Source: a virus. Taken from it: a DNA stretch of 64,000 nt. How positions within the stretch are numbered: position 1 is the stretch's first letter; each line of letters opens with the position of its first letter. Location: positions 1-64,000 of the IMG/VR virus record IMGVR_UViG_3300046370_000598. One strand, given 5' to 3'. Below are positions 51,963-62,001 of this stretch, piece by piece. Below the pieces are notes generated by a model. The model did not search any database and was not told where the DNA came from. It worked only from the letters and a program-made list of their open reading frames with translations. The translations under genes and the position numbers were made by a program.

Positions 51963-53933
51963 ATGATTTTTGCGATAACAACTTTAATTTCAGCTTTAAG
52001 CATATCTTTAATCGCAGCCTATTTTAGTATTATAGGTCTAGCAACAATTTTCCCAGGTTCAATGTATGCAGTAATAGCTATGGGATCTGTTCTTGAGATA
52101 GGTAAAATTATAGCGTCTATTTGGTTGCATAAAAATTGGAGTGTTGCACCAAGAATGATAAAAGTATACCTATTTTCTGCTATAGTAGTTTTGATGGGTA
52201 TAACTAGCATGGGTATATTCGGCTTCTTGAGTAAGTCTCATATAGAACATGAACAAAATACAGAAAAATCTATTGCTTTATCAAATCAAGTTGAAGCAAA
52301 AATCGAAAGAGAAAAAGAATATATATCAAGGCAAAAAGAACTTATAAAGCAAAACGAAGAAAAAAATAAAAATTTAAGCGATAAAAGTTCTGAGAATATA
52401 GAATTAGAACAAAAGAAAATATCTCAACTTTCAGAACAGCTACAAAAAGACATTTCGCTAGATCAAGACATGTTAACTTCTATAGAGGTTCGATTAAAAG
52501 AAATGAATCAGGAACTCTCTCAAATACAAAATAAATCTGGAGGTTTATTTTCAAGTAAGAAAAAAGATATTGAAAACAAAACCCAAGAGCAAAAGTCCGA
52601 AAGAGGAGAATTGTCTATTAAGAAAAAAGAGATAGAATCTCGCATATCAAAACATAGAGATGAAACCTCCGCACTTATATCAAATATTCGCAAAAGAATT
52701 CAAGATTATCAAGAAATTGGTTTTGAGAAACCTGAAAATATAGAACAGAAAATAGAAGAACTAAACATTAAAATTAGCGACTCTTTGGATAAAATAGATC
52801 AACTAGAGAAAGAAAAGTTCGATTTAGATGACGGATCTAGACAATTAGAAGCCGAAGTTGGACCAGTAAAATATGTAGCAGAACTAATAGCGGATCTCAC
52901 AGGCATGGAATTTGATATGGGCAAAGCTGTAAGAATAGTAATAATTATATTAATTTTTGTATTTGACCCATTAGCTATATTACTTGTTCTTGCTGCGCAT
53001 ATTAGTTTATCGAAAACCTTTTCAAGTTTCTCTATTAATGAAGACGATATATTCGAAAAAAGATCTAAGCTTGAATTAAAGAAGAAACTACTCGACGATC
53101 AAGAACAAGACTTAGGAGAAAGGCAAAAAGACCTGGATCAGGAAGATAAGATATTAAAACTAAAGGAAGATCAAGTAGAAAAATATAAAGCAGAAATCTC
53201 TAAAAATAAAGAAAAAATTCGTCGATTAAAAATTGAGTCCGAAAAACAAATGCTTCAAAAAGAAGACACCTCTGAGATAATACTTGAAATACAATCTCTC
53301 GAAAAGCAAAAACAATCCGCAAAAAAAGAAATTGAAGAAATAAAAATAGAAAAAAACGAAATCCTAAACAAAGCAGATGAAGCAATACAAAGCGCTAAAG
53401 AAATTAAAGTTGTACTCGGCGATCATAAAAAACAAAAAGATCAAATCAACGAATTAAAATCTGAAGTTTGTATGAACATAGAAAAATTCTCAGAATTTAA
53501 AAATCACATTAACTTGCTTGAATTGGAGAATATGGAACTTAAAAATAGAAAACTTCCTGACCCAAATCAAGATTTAATAAAAAAGATAGAGAGTCTAACT
53601 AGCCAAAAAAATACATTATTAGAAAAAAACTTAAAAGCGAAAAATCAAAAATTATTTAAAGTAAAGATTCGATCTTTAAATGAAAAAAACTTTGAGTTAA
53701 CAATACCATCTGATCTTAGCGGAACTCACTGTTATTATAAAGAAGCAGACTTCACAGATGAACAGTTGGAAGACTATTTAAATATAAGTAAAGATCTTGA
53801 TGCAGAATGCCCTGAAAGAGATGCTGTAGCTCTTGATAAATTATATCATTATAAAATCAATTTAATAGTAGACCCTAAAATTAGCAATAGAGAATACAAA
53901 AAACTTAGAGCTAATTATAAATTTAACCCTTGA
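51963..53933 (+). CDS. Membrane-anchored coiled-coil protein
   Basis: Three N-terminal TM segments (ITSMGIFGFLSKSH), coiled coil, LEAEVGPVKYVAELI, TM segment IIIILIFVFDPLAILLVLAA, second coiled coil. Confidence 0.7.
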   Translation: MIFAITTLISALSISLIAAYFSIIGLATIFPGSMYAVIAMGSVLEIGKIIASIWLHKNWSVAPRMIKVYLFSAIVVLMGITSMGIFGFLSKSHIEHEQNTEKSIALSNQVEAKIEREKEYISRQKELIKQNEEKNKNLSDKSSENIELEQKKISQLSEQLQKDISLDQDMLTSIEVRLKEMNQELSQIQNKSGGLFSSKKKDIENKTQEQKSERGELSIKKKEIESRISKHRDETSALISNIRKRIQDYQEIGFEKPENIEQKIEELNIKISDSLDKIDQLEKEKFDLDDGSRQLEAEVGPVKYVAELIADLTGMEFDMGKAVRIVIIILIFVFDPLAILLVLAAHISLSKTFSSFSINEDDIFEKRSKLELKKKLLDDQEQDLGERQKDLDQEDKILKLKEDQVEKYKAEISKNKEKIRRLKIESEKQMLQKEDTSEIILEIQSLEKQKQSAKKEIEEIKIEKNEILNKADEAIQSAKEIKVVLGDHKKQKDQINELKSEVCMNIEKFSEFKNHINLLELENMELKNRKLPDPNQDLIKKIESLTSQKNTLLEKNLKAKNQKLFKVKIRSLNEKNFELTIPSDLSGTHCYYKEADFTDEQLEDYLNISKDLDAECPERDAVALDKLYHYKINLIVDPKISNREYKKLRANYKFNP

Positions 53934-53958
53934 CTTTTTCCTTTTAATTTGATACCCT
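53930..53958 (+). promoter_or_regulatory. sigma70-type promoter, leaderless arrangement
   Basis: TTGACT-17 nt-TACCCT (TGn extended)-6 nt-GTG(53965). Confidence 0.6.
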
Positions 53959-53964
53959 CTAAGG

Positions 53965-54297
53965 GTGAAAAAATTAAACAAGAGGGAATGTATAAAAAGG
54001 ATGGTGATCGAGCCTACAACTCAAAAACGCATGTTTTGGGCTAGGGAAATGAAAATGCTTAACGAACTCATAGGTAAATTTCCAAATTTAGATTTCTGGA
54101 GAAGAGCTTCGTTTCAAAAAGTCCCCTCTCTGTCTCACTTTAAATCAAGATATGGATTAGAAAAAATATCTAAAATGTACAGAGAGTTTAATTACATCAT
54201 ACCTCCAAAAAAAGATATAATACTTGGAGAAAAAACTGGAAAAGATAAAATATTATCGAAAAAACCAAAAACAATTAGACAATTTATAGATGAGTAA
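53965..54297 (+). CDS. Basic hypothetical protein
   Basis: 110-aa ORF overlapping the start of the RecA-like gene. Confidence 0.6.
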   Translation: MKKLNKRECIKRMVIEPTTQKRMFWAREMKMLNELIGKFPNLDFWRRASFQKVPSLSHFKSRYGLEKISKMYREFNYIIPPKKDIILGEKTGKDKILSKKPKTIRQFIDE

Positions 54298-55396
54298 AAC
54301 AAAAGAAATAAATACTACCGATCAAATAGCCAAATTTCTTGGCGACAAAGACAATAAGAAATACCACTACAACTTCCATAATAGCGAAGATTACAAGATT
54401 TCCAGTGGTAGTCTAAATTTAGATATAGCGCTAGGTGGAGGCTTGCCAAGCGGAGCACATAGATTTACCGGCATTAATGAAGGGGGCAAAACTAGCTGCG
54501 CTATGGCTTTTGCAAGAAATTTTCAAAAGCATTTCAAGAAAAATGGAATGATAATCTACATTAAAAGTGAAGGAAGGTTTAGTTCAGAAATGATTGAGAG
54601 GTCAGGTATAGATACTGATCCAGAAAAATTTTTTGTTTTCGATTGCAATATTTTCGAAAAAGTCTTTGAGCTGATAAGAGAATTAGTTTTCAATAATGAA
54701 GATGATAAAAAATATATGTTCATTATAGATAGTGTAGATGCTCTTTGTAGGGTTGGAGATATAGATAAACCGTTTGCGGAGTCTGAGCAAGTTGCAGGTG
54801 GAGCTTTAATAACTTCTGTATTTTTAAAGAAAATGGTATTACCAATTACCAAAATGGGACACACAATGATATTAACTAGCCAAGTAAGGGTGGAGGTAGC
54901 AACAAATCCATACGCCTCAAGAGGAGGGCCAAAAGTCAAGCAGGCGGGTGGAAACGCTATCAAGCATTATGCTAACTTTATCTTAGAGTTCCAGGAAAGG
55001 TACAATTCAGATCTTATCTTTAAAAACCCAACTGCATCAAAACTGGAAGACAAGGGTGAACCAATCGGCCATTATTGTAAAATAAAATTCAGAAAAAGCG
55101 TAAATGAAAAAACAGGCTCTACTGCAAGATACCCAATTAAATACGGACAAAAAAATGGCAAGTCAGTATGGAGAGCGAGGGAAATACTTGACATGTTATA
55201 TCTGTTCAACCTAATAGAAAAAAAAGGTGCTTGGATATCAGTCTCAGAAGACTTGGTCTCCGAGCTGAGTAATAAAAAAATAGAAATTAGTGAAAAGTTT
55301 CAAGGCGAGCAAAGGCTAATAGATTTTTTAGAAGAAAACGAAGATGCCTCAAAATTTTTATACGAAGATTTTAAAAAGTTAGTTAATGCGATTTAA
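54290..55396 (+). CDS. RecA/UvsX-like recombinase
   Basis: ISSGSLNLDIALGGGLP, G.NEGGKTS Walker A, IIDSVDAL Walker B, SQVR, GGNAIKHYA, KKGAW. Confidence 0.9.
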   Translation: MSKTKEINTTDQIAKFLGDKDNKKYHYNFHNSEDYKISSGSLNLDIALGGGLPSGAHRFTGINEGGKTSCAMAFARNFQKHFKKNGMIIYIKSEGRFSSEMIERSGIDTDPEKFFVFDCNIFEKVFELIRELVFNNEDDKKYMFIIDSVDALCRVGDIDKPFAESEQVAGGALITSVFLKKMVLPITKMGHTMILTSQVRVEVATNPYASRGGPKVKQAGGNAIKHYANFILEFQERYNSDLIFKNPTASKLEDKGEPIGHYCKIKFRKSVNEKTGSTARYPIKYGQKNGKSVWRAREILDMLYLFNLIEKKGAWISVSEDLVSELSNKKIEISEKFQGEQRLIDFLEENEDASKFLYEDFKKLVNAI

Positions 55397-55796
55397 TACT
55401 TTAACAGGCGCAACAAGAACTGTTAAAAAAGCCAAAAACTATCTAATAGACTGGGACTCTCCAAGCAGGAGTAAAATACAGTTTCAAACAAAACAATTTT
55501 TAAAAAAATATTGGGCAAAACATATAGTATTTGAAGAATTTCCTGTTGCAGGAACAAAGCTATCTTTAGATTTTTATAACGCAAATAAAAAAATAGCCGT
55601 AGAGGTTCAAGGTAAACAGCATACCAAGTACGTACCCTTTTTTCATGGTAAAAATAAAATTAACTATTTAAATCAATTAAAAAGAGATCAGGATAAATTA
55701 AAATTTTGCGAAGCAAATGACATTCAATTGGTTGAGGTCTATCAAGATGACAAAATAAATGAAAAACTTTTTCAAAGTTTTGGTGTTAATCTATAA
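55386..55796 (+). CDS. DUF559/Vsr-like endonuclease
   Basis: EEFPV....LDFY.....IAVEVQG.QH...RD..K..FC..N.I.LVEV. Confidence 0.75.
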   Translation: MRFNTLTGATRTVKKAKNYLIDWDSPSRSKIQFQTKQFLKKYWAKHIVFEEFPVAGTKLSLDFYNANKKIAVEVQGKQHTKYVPFFHGKNKINYLNQLKRDQDKLKFCEANDIQLVEVYQDDKINEKLFQSFGVNL

Positions 55797-55799
55797 TTC

Positions 55800-55804
55800 G
55801 TGTA
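55800..55804 (+). promoter_or_regulatory. GTGTA motif (putative phage late promoter)
   Basis: GTGTATTATATAAT-ATG(55814). Confidence 0.55.
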
Positions 55805-55813
55805 TTATATAAT

Positions 55814-56095
55814 ATGAGCGATGACTTTATAGATCCGGAAAATCTTTCTGAATTTAATTTGCCTGAAAGTATACTTAGACAATTATTTGAATTTACAGGA
55901 TCTTCTATGGGTGACAGCGGCTTCATATTATCTTATGTTAATCAAGATGGACTTCCAGCTGTCCTAACAAAGGCCTCGTCTCCTATTGTTGAGATGGGCT
56001 TAAGAAAAGCTTTAGAGCAATACCTTGAGCAATTATCCTCCCAAGAAATAGAGTTAAATTTTCCACCCGATTCTAACGACGAAGAAAACTCTTGA
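55814..56095 (+). CDS. Small acidic hypothetical protein
   Basis: 93-aa ORF preceded by the GTGTA motif. Confidence 0.6.
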   Translation: MSDDFIDPENLSEFNLPESILRQLFEFTGSSMGDSGFILSYVNQDGLPAVLTKASSPIVEMGLRKALEQYLEQLSSQEIELNFPPDSNDEENS

Positions 56096-56120
56096 CATTT
56101 CTGCATCTTTATATTAAGAT
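56092..56120 (+). promoter_or_regulatory. sigma70-type promoter, leaderless arrangement
   Basis: TTGACA-17 nt-TAAGAT-6 nt-ATG(56127). Confidence 0.78.
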
Positions 56121-56126
56121 GTAGGC

Positions 56127-57641
56127 ATGATATATTCTTACGAATTAGAACAACATTTAATCGCGGGCTTAATAAAATATCCAGAATCTTATCCGCTTAT
56201 CGCAGCGTTTATAGATAAAGATGATTTTTTTGATAAGAACACAATTGTAAATAAGACTATTTTCTGCGTACTTCGACAAGCATTAGAGTCAGGAGACTCT
56301 CTAGATGAAGTGCTAATAGCTCAAAGAGTCCAATCTCTTAATATATCTTTTGAAGATAATATAAACATTGCAGACTATATTAAAGCGCTTTCTATGAGAC
56401 AAATTTCTAAAGATGGAGTTGTGAAAGCAGCGAAAGAGTTAAAAAAAATAACTGTACGAAGAGAAATACACGACGCATCTATTGATGTTGCTAAAAATAT
56501 GAAATCGATGCCTTCAAGCTCGACATTTGATGATATAGTTGGCGAAGCAGATAAAATTTATAACGACAAAATAAATTTATATGAGATTGGTTCAAATAAG
56601 CCTGAAAATTTATTTGAGGACATGGAAGACTTTATAGAAGAAAGGGGAAATAATCCTATTGATGAATTTGGATTGATGGGTCCACATGCAAGAACTAATG
56701 AACTTTACGGCTCCCTACTGAGGCCTGGAAATATAACCGTTGTAGTTGCTAGAGCTGGAGTTGGTAAAACTCAGTTTTGCATGGACTTTTGCACTAAAGT
56801 TTCTGAGATAAATAATAATGTACCTATATTGCATTTTGATAACGGAGAAATGAGTAAAGAAGAATTAATAATAAGACAGTGCTCAGCAATATCAGGAGTT
56901 CCAATGCATTTACTTGAGACTGGGAGGTGGAGACAAGCAGGAAAAGAAGTTATAGATAAAGTAAGAAGTACATGGTCTAAGATAAAAAAATTTAAATTTT
57001 ACTACTACAACGTTGCAGGTCACTCCGCAGACAGTATGTTAAATATAATTAGAAGGTTTTATTTTTCTGAAGTTGGAAGGGGAAAACCTATGATTTTTAG
57101 CTTTGACTATATTAAGACGAGTTACGAGCGTCAAAATGGAGTTTCCTCCTGGGAGAGTGTTGGTAGAATGGTTGATAAATTTAAACAATTAATTCAAAAA
57201 GAGTTGTGCTTTAATAATAAGCCTGCAGTTGCAATGCTGACAAGCGTACAAAGTAATAGGCTTGGAATTACAAATAACAGAAACTCCGAAAATGTTGTCG
57301 ATGATGAGAGTATTGTTTCTCTGTCAGATCAAATTACTCAGTTTTGTTCTCACTTATTTCTTCTTCGGCAGAAAACAATGGATGAAATTCAATCGGAGCC
57401 CGAGAATTTTGGAACGCATAAATTAATATGCTTAAAATATCGGTGGCTTGGAGAAAATGTTCATAGAGCATTACAACCTGTGGAAATGCCAGATGGAAGC
57501 AAAAAGAAAAATTATCTAAATTTACATATAGAAAATTTTAATATTTCAGAACGCGGAGACTTGCAAGATATGGTTGACCATATAAATTCTGAAGGGGTAG
57601 GTGTTCTTCCTGGCTTGGGAGAAGAGATTCCAGATCTATAA
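56127..57641 (+). CDS. dnaB: Replicative DNA helicase DnaB-like
   Basis: N-domain LEQ..IAGL...P. LRPGNITVVVARAGVGKT Walker A, EMS.EE, FDYIK, QSNR, SDQI. Confidence 0.9.
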   Translation: MIYSYELEQHLIAGLIKYPESYPLIAAFIDKDDFFDKNTIVNKTIFCVLRQALESGDSLDEVLIAQRVQSLNISFEDNINIADYIKALSMRQISKDGVVKAAKELKKITVRREIHDASIDVAKNMKSMPSSSTFDDIVGEADKIYNDKINLYEIGSNKPENLFEDMEDFIEERGNNPIDEFGLMGPHARTNELYGSLLRPGNITVVVARAGVGKTQFCMDFCTKVSEINNNVPILHFDNGEMSKEELIIRQCSAISGVPMHLLETGRWRQAGKEVIDKVRSTWSKIKKFKFYYYNVAGHSADSMLNIIRRFYFSEVGRGKPMIFSFDYIKTSYERQNGVSSWESVGRMVDKFKQLIQKELCFNNKPAVAMLTSVQSNRLGITNNRNSENVVDDESIVSLSDQITQFCSHLFLLRQKTMDEIQSEPENFGTHKLICLKYRWLGENVHRALQPVEMPDGSKKKNYLNLHIENFNISERGDLQDMVDHINSEGVGVLPGLGEEIPDL

Positions 57642-57642
57642 T

Positions 57643-58677
57643 ATGTCTCCAGAAAAAATTAAAGAATCTTTAATAAGATTAGGTTATAAACTTTCAGATA
57701 GAGGTGCATACTGGCAAACTAATGCTTTATTCAGAAATGGTGATAACAAAACTGCAATACAAATATATAAAAACACAGGAGTATGGAAAGATCATGTGCA
57801 AAATAGCTCTTTTGCTCCATTTAAAAGATTAGTTCAAGTAACATTAGGAACTAATGACGAAAAACAATTAAAGCAATTCATAGAAGAAGATAATCTCGGA
57901 GCAAATTATAATAAAATATCAATTCAGGAGAAAATAGAAATGGAAGAAATTTACCCAGAAGAATGTCTCGATAGACTTTTACCTCATTATAAATTTTATA
58001 ATGAAAAAGGTATTTCCGATGAAACTTTAACGCCTTTAAAGGGAGGTTATGCAACAACTGGAAAATTGAACGGAAGATTTGTTTTTCCTATATATAATGA
58101 ACATAAACAGATTCACGGCTTCTCTGGAAGAGATATGACCAATTCTTCTTCTCGCCCAAAATGGAAACATGTTGGTAGGAAGAAGGGATGGATATATCCA
58201 CTGTATGTTTCACCCAAAGTTAAAGAATCTATTTTAAACACCAAGCAAATAATTTTCGTAGAAAGCATAGGAGATTTATTAAATTTAAATGAAAATGGAT
58301 TTAATAATGTTCTTGTTACTTTTGGCTTAGATATCTCAACAAAATTAATTTGCTCAACATTATCTTTAGACGTAAACGAAATAGTAATATCATTAAATAA
58401 TGATTCCCAATCCACTCGAAATAGAGGTCTAGAAGCAAGTATAAAAAATTATTTAAAGTTATTAAATTATTATAATCCAGAAAAAATAAAAATATGCCTA
58501 CCTACGGCAAAAGACTTTGGGGATATGTCTCAAGATAACTTTAACTCTTGGCGAAAAAAGCTACAATCTATTACGGGAGAAGATCAACAAAAATTCATTA
58601 TAGAAAAAATAAACGAAATATACAAAACTTTACCAAAAAATTTATTAAAAAACAAAAAAATAATATCCAATGAGTGA
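57643..58677 (+). CDS. DnaG-like DNA primase (start revised to ATG 57643)
   Basis: KGIS.ET, GRFVFPIYN....I.GFSGR, PKWKH, TOPRIM FVESIGD...G..NV...FG, KDFGDM. Confidence 0.85.
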   Translation: MSPEKIKESLIRLGYKLSDRGAYWQTNALFRNGDNKTAIQIYKNTGVWKDHVQNSSFAPFKRLVQVTLGTNDEKQLKQFIEEDNLGANYNKISIQEKIEMEEIYPEECLDRLLPHYKFYNEKGISDETLTPLKGGYATTGKLNGRFVFPIYNEHKQIHGFSGRDMTNSSSRPKWKHVGRKKGWIYPLYVSPKVKESILNTKQIIFVESIGDLLNLNENGFNNVLVTFGLDISTKLICSTLSLDVNEIVISLNNDSQSTRNRGLEASIKNYLKLLNYYNPEKIKICLPTAKDFGDMSQDNFNSWRKKLQSITGEDQQKFIIEKINEIYKTLPKNLLKNKKIISNE

Positions 58678-59746
58678 ATTAACAAAACTTTCGGCGAGCA
58701 GAATTAAAACCGCACAACAATGTTCTTGGACTTATTGGTGCAATTACAAATTAAAATTACCCCAATCAGGTAACGATGGATCAAGCAGGGGGACGATCTG
58801 TCATAATGTGTTTGAACTTCTGGGAGATCATCACAAATCAGAATTTAATAAAATCATCAAAGAAGGAACAATTTGGAATACTAAAGTGATTGCTGCTCAA
58901 GTTAAAAAAGAAGCGGAAGATTTGAGCGTCTCAGATAAAGAGAATTTAGATCTTATAGATGAAATGATAGTCAATGGCCTTAGGTGTGATTTTTTTGGAG
59001 ACAACGAAGAAAAACCTGTTCTTGCAGAGTCTGAAAAATTCTTCGATCTTGAAATCAACAAAGAAGATAAAGGTATTAGATATGCAATAAGAGGGTATAT
59101 AGATAAGTTGTTTGTATATAAAGATAACTCTGTTATCATTCGGGACTTTAAAAGCAGCAAGTCAGTATTTAAAGGAAAAGAAGTGACAGATAATTTACAA
59201 AATTTAATTTACTCTTTAGCTGTAAAACATCTAATGCCAGAAACTAAACCTCAAAGTGAATTTTTATTTTTAAGATTTGATTTAGATAAAGACCTGTTAG
59301 GTAATTGCGGAAAAGGTTATCTCAAAATGGATAAAATCACAGAAGAAGAACTAGAAGGGTTCGAGTATCAATTAACTCAATTTCAAAACTATCTGGATAA
59401 CTTTGACGAAGATGCAGCAACAAGCAATTTCGCTGCACGACAAGATTACCCTAGAGACGGAACCTTTGGAGGTCCACTAGCTTGCGGTAAGGATGGATTT
59501 AAAATGTCTAAAGGGGAGCCCATTCTCGACAAGAACGGAGACCCTATAAAAGCTTTTATATGCCCATACAGAAAACCTATGGAATATTATGCATTAAAAG
59601 ATTCTGATGGAAAAATTAAAAAAACTTCTTTCATAGAAAATAAACATGAATTAGAAATTGAAGACGGAGACGAAATTGTTAAAATGAAATATGACGGATG
59701 CCCACACTGGCAAAAAAAACAAATAATAGATGATTTCCTTCAGTAA
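58670..59746 (+). CDS. PD-(D/E)XK exonuclease (RecB/AddB-like)
   Basis: LSASRIK...C, RGTICH..FE, E..F, IRGYIDKL, IRDFKSSK, Q..IY.LA. Confidence 0.82.
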   Translation: MSELTKLSASRIKTAQQCSWTYWCNYKLKLPQSGNDGSSRGTICHNVFELLGDHHKSEFNKIIKEGTIWNTKVIAAQVKKEAEDLSVSDKENLDLIDEMIVNGLRCDFFGDNEEKPVLAESEKFFDLEINKEDKGIRYAIRGYIDKLFVYKDNSVIIRDFKSSKSVFKGKEVTDNLQNLIYSLAVKHLMPETKPQSEFLFLRFDLDKDLLGNCGKGYLKMDKITEEELEGFEYQLTQFQNYLDNFDEDAATSNFAARQDYPRDGTFGGPLACGKDGFKMSKGEPILDKNGDPIKAFICPYRKPMEYYALKDSDGKIKKTSFIENKHELEIEDGDEIVKMKYDGCPHWQKKQIIDDFLQ

Positions 59747-59757
59747 TATTTCCCTTA

Positions 59758-60660
59758 ATGAAAATAAGTTTTATCATAATAACAAACGCGTCTAAGCCAA
59801 AAAAATTAATTAATGAAATAGAAAGTATATATGATCAAAAAATAAAAGAGTTTGAAATAATAATTTCTGGAGATAAAAAAAATTTAAATCTACCAAAAGA
59901 AAATGTAAAATTTATTTCAGCAAAAAAAGAGGCTAAAGTTGGAGCTCTTGGAGCTATGAGAAACAAAGCTTGTAGGATTGCTCAATATGACAATTTAGTT
60001 ATATCAGATGATGATATGTTATTTTGTAAAGATTGGTATAAAAATATATCCTCTCAAAAATCAGATTTTGATATACTTACCCCTGAAGTTAAACTTCCCG
60101 ATGGAACTAGATTCTGGGATCATTGTTGCTATCAAAGCCCAGTTAATGGACATTCAATATTAGAAGAAAATGAAACAGATGAATATCTATATATGTCTGG
60201 CGGACAAAGTTGGGTAATGAAAAAACATGTGTGGAATAAAGTTAAATGGGATGAATCTATTGAAATATACAAAATGAAAAATATCAAAGATTACAAACAA
60301 GGAAAGCATAACGAAGATACAGATTTTGCTTTGCGCTGTCGGAATGCTGGATTTAAAATTACCCACAATCGCAATATTCAAGTAGTCCACAATGACGCTT
60401 CTTATACTTCGGTCGGGCGCTTAGTAAGAAGAAGAATTCATAAAAGCCAAAACTGGTGCAAAGAATTAAACTTTCCGCATAAAATAAACCTAGAAATAGC
60501 CAAACTTCTTTTATCTTATGGGGTAGAAGCGGAAGCTGTAGACTTATTAAGAAAATGCTCCTTAGAAGGCGACATGTCTGCAGACTTAGCCTTAGAAGAT
60601 TTAGAAAATTCTAGAGGCGGTAGACTAAAAAACACAAACTTCCAATTTCATGAAAAATAA
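59758..60660 (+). CDS. GT2 glycosyltransferase
   Basis: ISFII, FEIII, MRN......YD.LV.SDDD, EDTDF..R....G. Confidence 0.75.
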   Translation: MKISFIIITNASKPKKLINEIESIYDQKIKEFEIIISGDKKNLNLPKENVKFISAKKEAKVGALGAMRNKACRIAQYDNLVISDDDMLFCKDWYKNISSQKSDFDILTPEVKLPDGTRFWDHCCYQSPVNGHSILEENETDEYLYMSGGQSWVMKKHVWNKVKWDESIEIYKMKNIKDYKQGKHNEDTDFALRCRNAGFKITHNRNIQVVHNDASYTSVGRLVRRRIHKSQNWCKELNFPHKINLEIAKLLLSYGVEAEAVDLLRKCSLEGDMSADLALEDLENSRGGRLKNTNFQFHEK

Positions 60661-61336
60661 AGTAGGATTATTAATTATAGCAACTAATAAATATATTGAT
60701 TTCGCGGTCAATTTAATTCGTAGTGCAGATAAACATTTTTTAATTAATCAAAATGTAGAATATTTTCTTTTCACAGATCATTCTGATTTAAAAATTGATT
60801 CTCAAAGAAAGATCAATATTATAAAAATAAATCATTCGCCTTGGCCTTGGATGACTCTGGGTAGATATAAAATATTCAATGATCACAAAGCTTTATTGCA
60901 GTATCAAGATTATCTTTTTTATTGCGATGCAGATATGAGATTTTCAGATTCTGTGGGAAATGAAATACTAAGCGACAGGGTCGCAACTCAGCATCCAGGA
61001 TATTATGGTACTCGAGGCACACCAGAAACAAATCCAAAATCTTTAGCTTGTGTATTTCCTTTTGAGTACATGCAATACTTCGCTGGTGGATTCAATGGAG
61101 GTTCAAGTTCAGAATACTTAAAAATGGCAGAAAGACTATCAGGAAATATTCAACACGATTACAACAATGGGATTATTGCAGTTTGGCATGATGAAAGTCA
61201 TATTAATAGATACTTTATAGATAATCCCCCAACACAAATCCTCGACCCGGGATATTGTTATGGAGAAAGCCTTAAACCTCCGTTCGCTCCTAGATTAATA
61301 GCGTTAGATAAGAATCATAAAGAGTTAAGATCCTAA
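60650..61336 (+). CDS. GT6 glycosyltransferase (ABO / alpha-1,3-Gal(NAc) transferase family)
   Basis: IATNKY..F, YFLFTD, WP..TL.RY, DYLFYCDADM, HPGY, YFAGGFNGG, AVWHDESHINRYF. Confidence 0.9.
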   Translation: MKNKVGLLIIATNKYIDFAVNLIRSADKHFLINQNVEYFLFTDHSDLKIDSQRKINIIKINHSPWPWMTLGRYKIFNDHKALLQYQDYLFYCDADMRFSDSVGNEILSDRVATQHPGYYGTRGTPETNPKSLACVFPFEYMQYFAGGFNGGSSSEYLKMAERLSGNIQHDYNNGIIAVWHDESHINRYFIDNPPTQILDPGYCYGESLKPPFAPRLIALDKNHKELRS

Positions 61337-62001
61337 TGAATGGTATTTCTATTCTTTTAGCTTCGTACAACGGAGAAAAATACATAAAACAAAGTATTGA
61401 TTCCATAATAAACCAAACATTTAAAAAATGGGAATTACTTATTGGATTCAATGGAACTACAGACAAAACAAAAGATATTGTCAATCAATATAAAGACGAA
61501 AGAATAAAAATTTTTGATTACGAAGATGACAAAGGTAAAGCCAAAACCTTAAATAAATTAATTCAAGAAGCTCAATTTGATTACTGCTCAATTCAAGATG
61601 ATGATGATCTTTGGTGGCCACCTAAACTACACGAACAGTCTAAACTCCTAGAAGAATATCAAGTTATAGGTACTTACATATATTATATAAATTCAAAAAA
61701 TCAAATTGTCGGAGCTCCATATCTCTGCAGAAATCATCAAGCTATTAAAAATAGATGCCAAAGAGGTATTAATCAAATTGCTAATTCAAGCGCAGTTTTT
61801 TCTAAATCTAAAGTATTATCTGTTGGAGGGTGGAATGAAGATTTGGATAACTTAGCGGATAAAGGTGTTCAACCTAAAGAAGATTTTGATTTGTGGTTAA
61901 GGCTATTAAAAAATGGATCTAAATTTTGTAACATTCCAGAATACTTAACCTTACATAGAATACATAAAAAAAGCAACTTTAATTCAATTCCTAAAAAATG
62001 A
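61336..62001 (+). CDS. GT2 glycosyltransferase
   Basis: ISILLASYNGEKYI..SIDSI.NQTF..WELLI, DDDD.W.P.KL..Q, EDFDLWLR. Confidence 0.88.
   Translation: MNGISILLASYNGEKYIKQSIDSIINQTFKKWELLIGFNGTTDKTKDIVNQYKDERIKIFDYEDDKGKAKTLNKLIQEAQFDYCSIQDDDDLWWPPKLHEQSKLLEEYQVIGTYIYYINSKNQIVGAPYLCRNHQAIKNRCQRGINQIANSSAVFSKSKVLSVGGWNEDLDNLADKGVQPKEDFDLWLRLLKNGSKFCNIPEYLTLHRIHKKSNFNSIPKK

Noticed and set aside
54556-54963. Short nested or antisense ORFs in the track (e.g. 34120, 37015, 37905, 46566, 54556, 58113)
   Set aside because: They overlap well-supported genes and have no motifs or initiation signals.
54290-58677. Inteins or introns in RecA, DnaB or primase
   Set aside because: Lengths are normal, and there are no intein terminal motifs or homing endonuclease inserts.
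58670-59746. Cas4 / CRISPR association
   Set aside because: This is a generic PD-(D/E)XK exonuclease in a replication operon with no CRISPR context.
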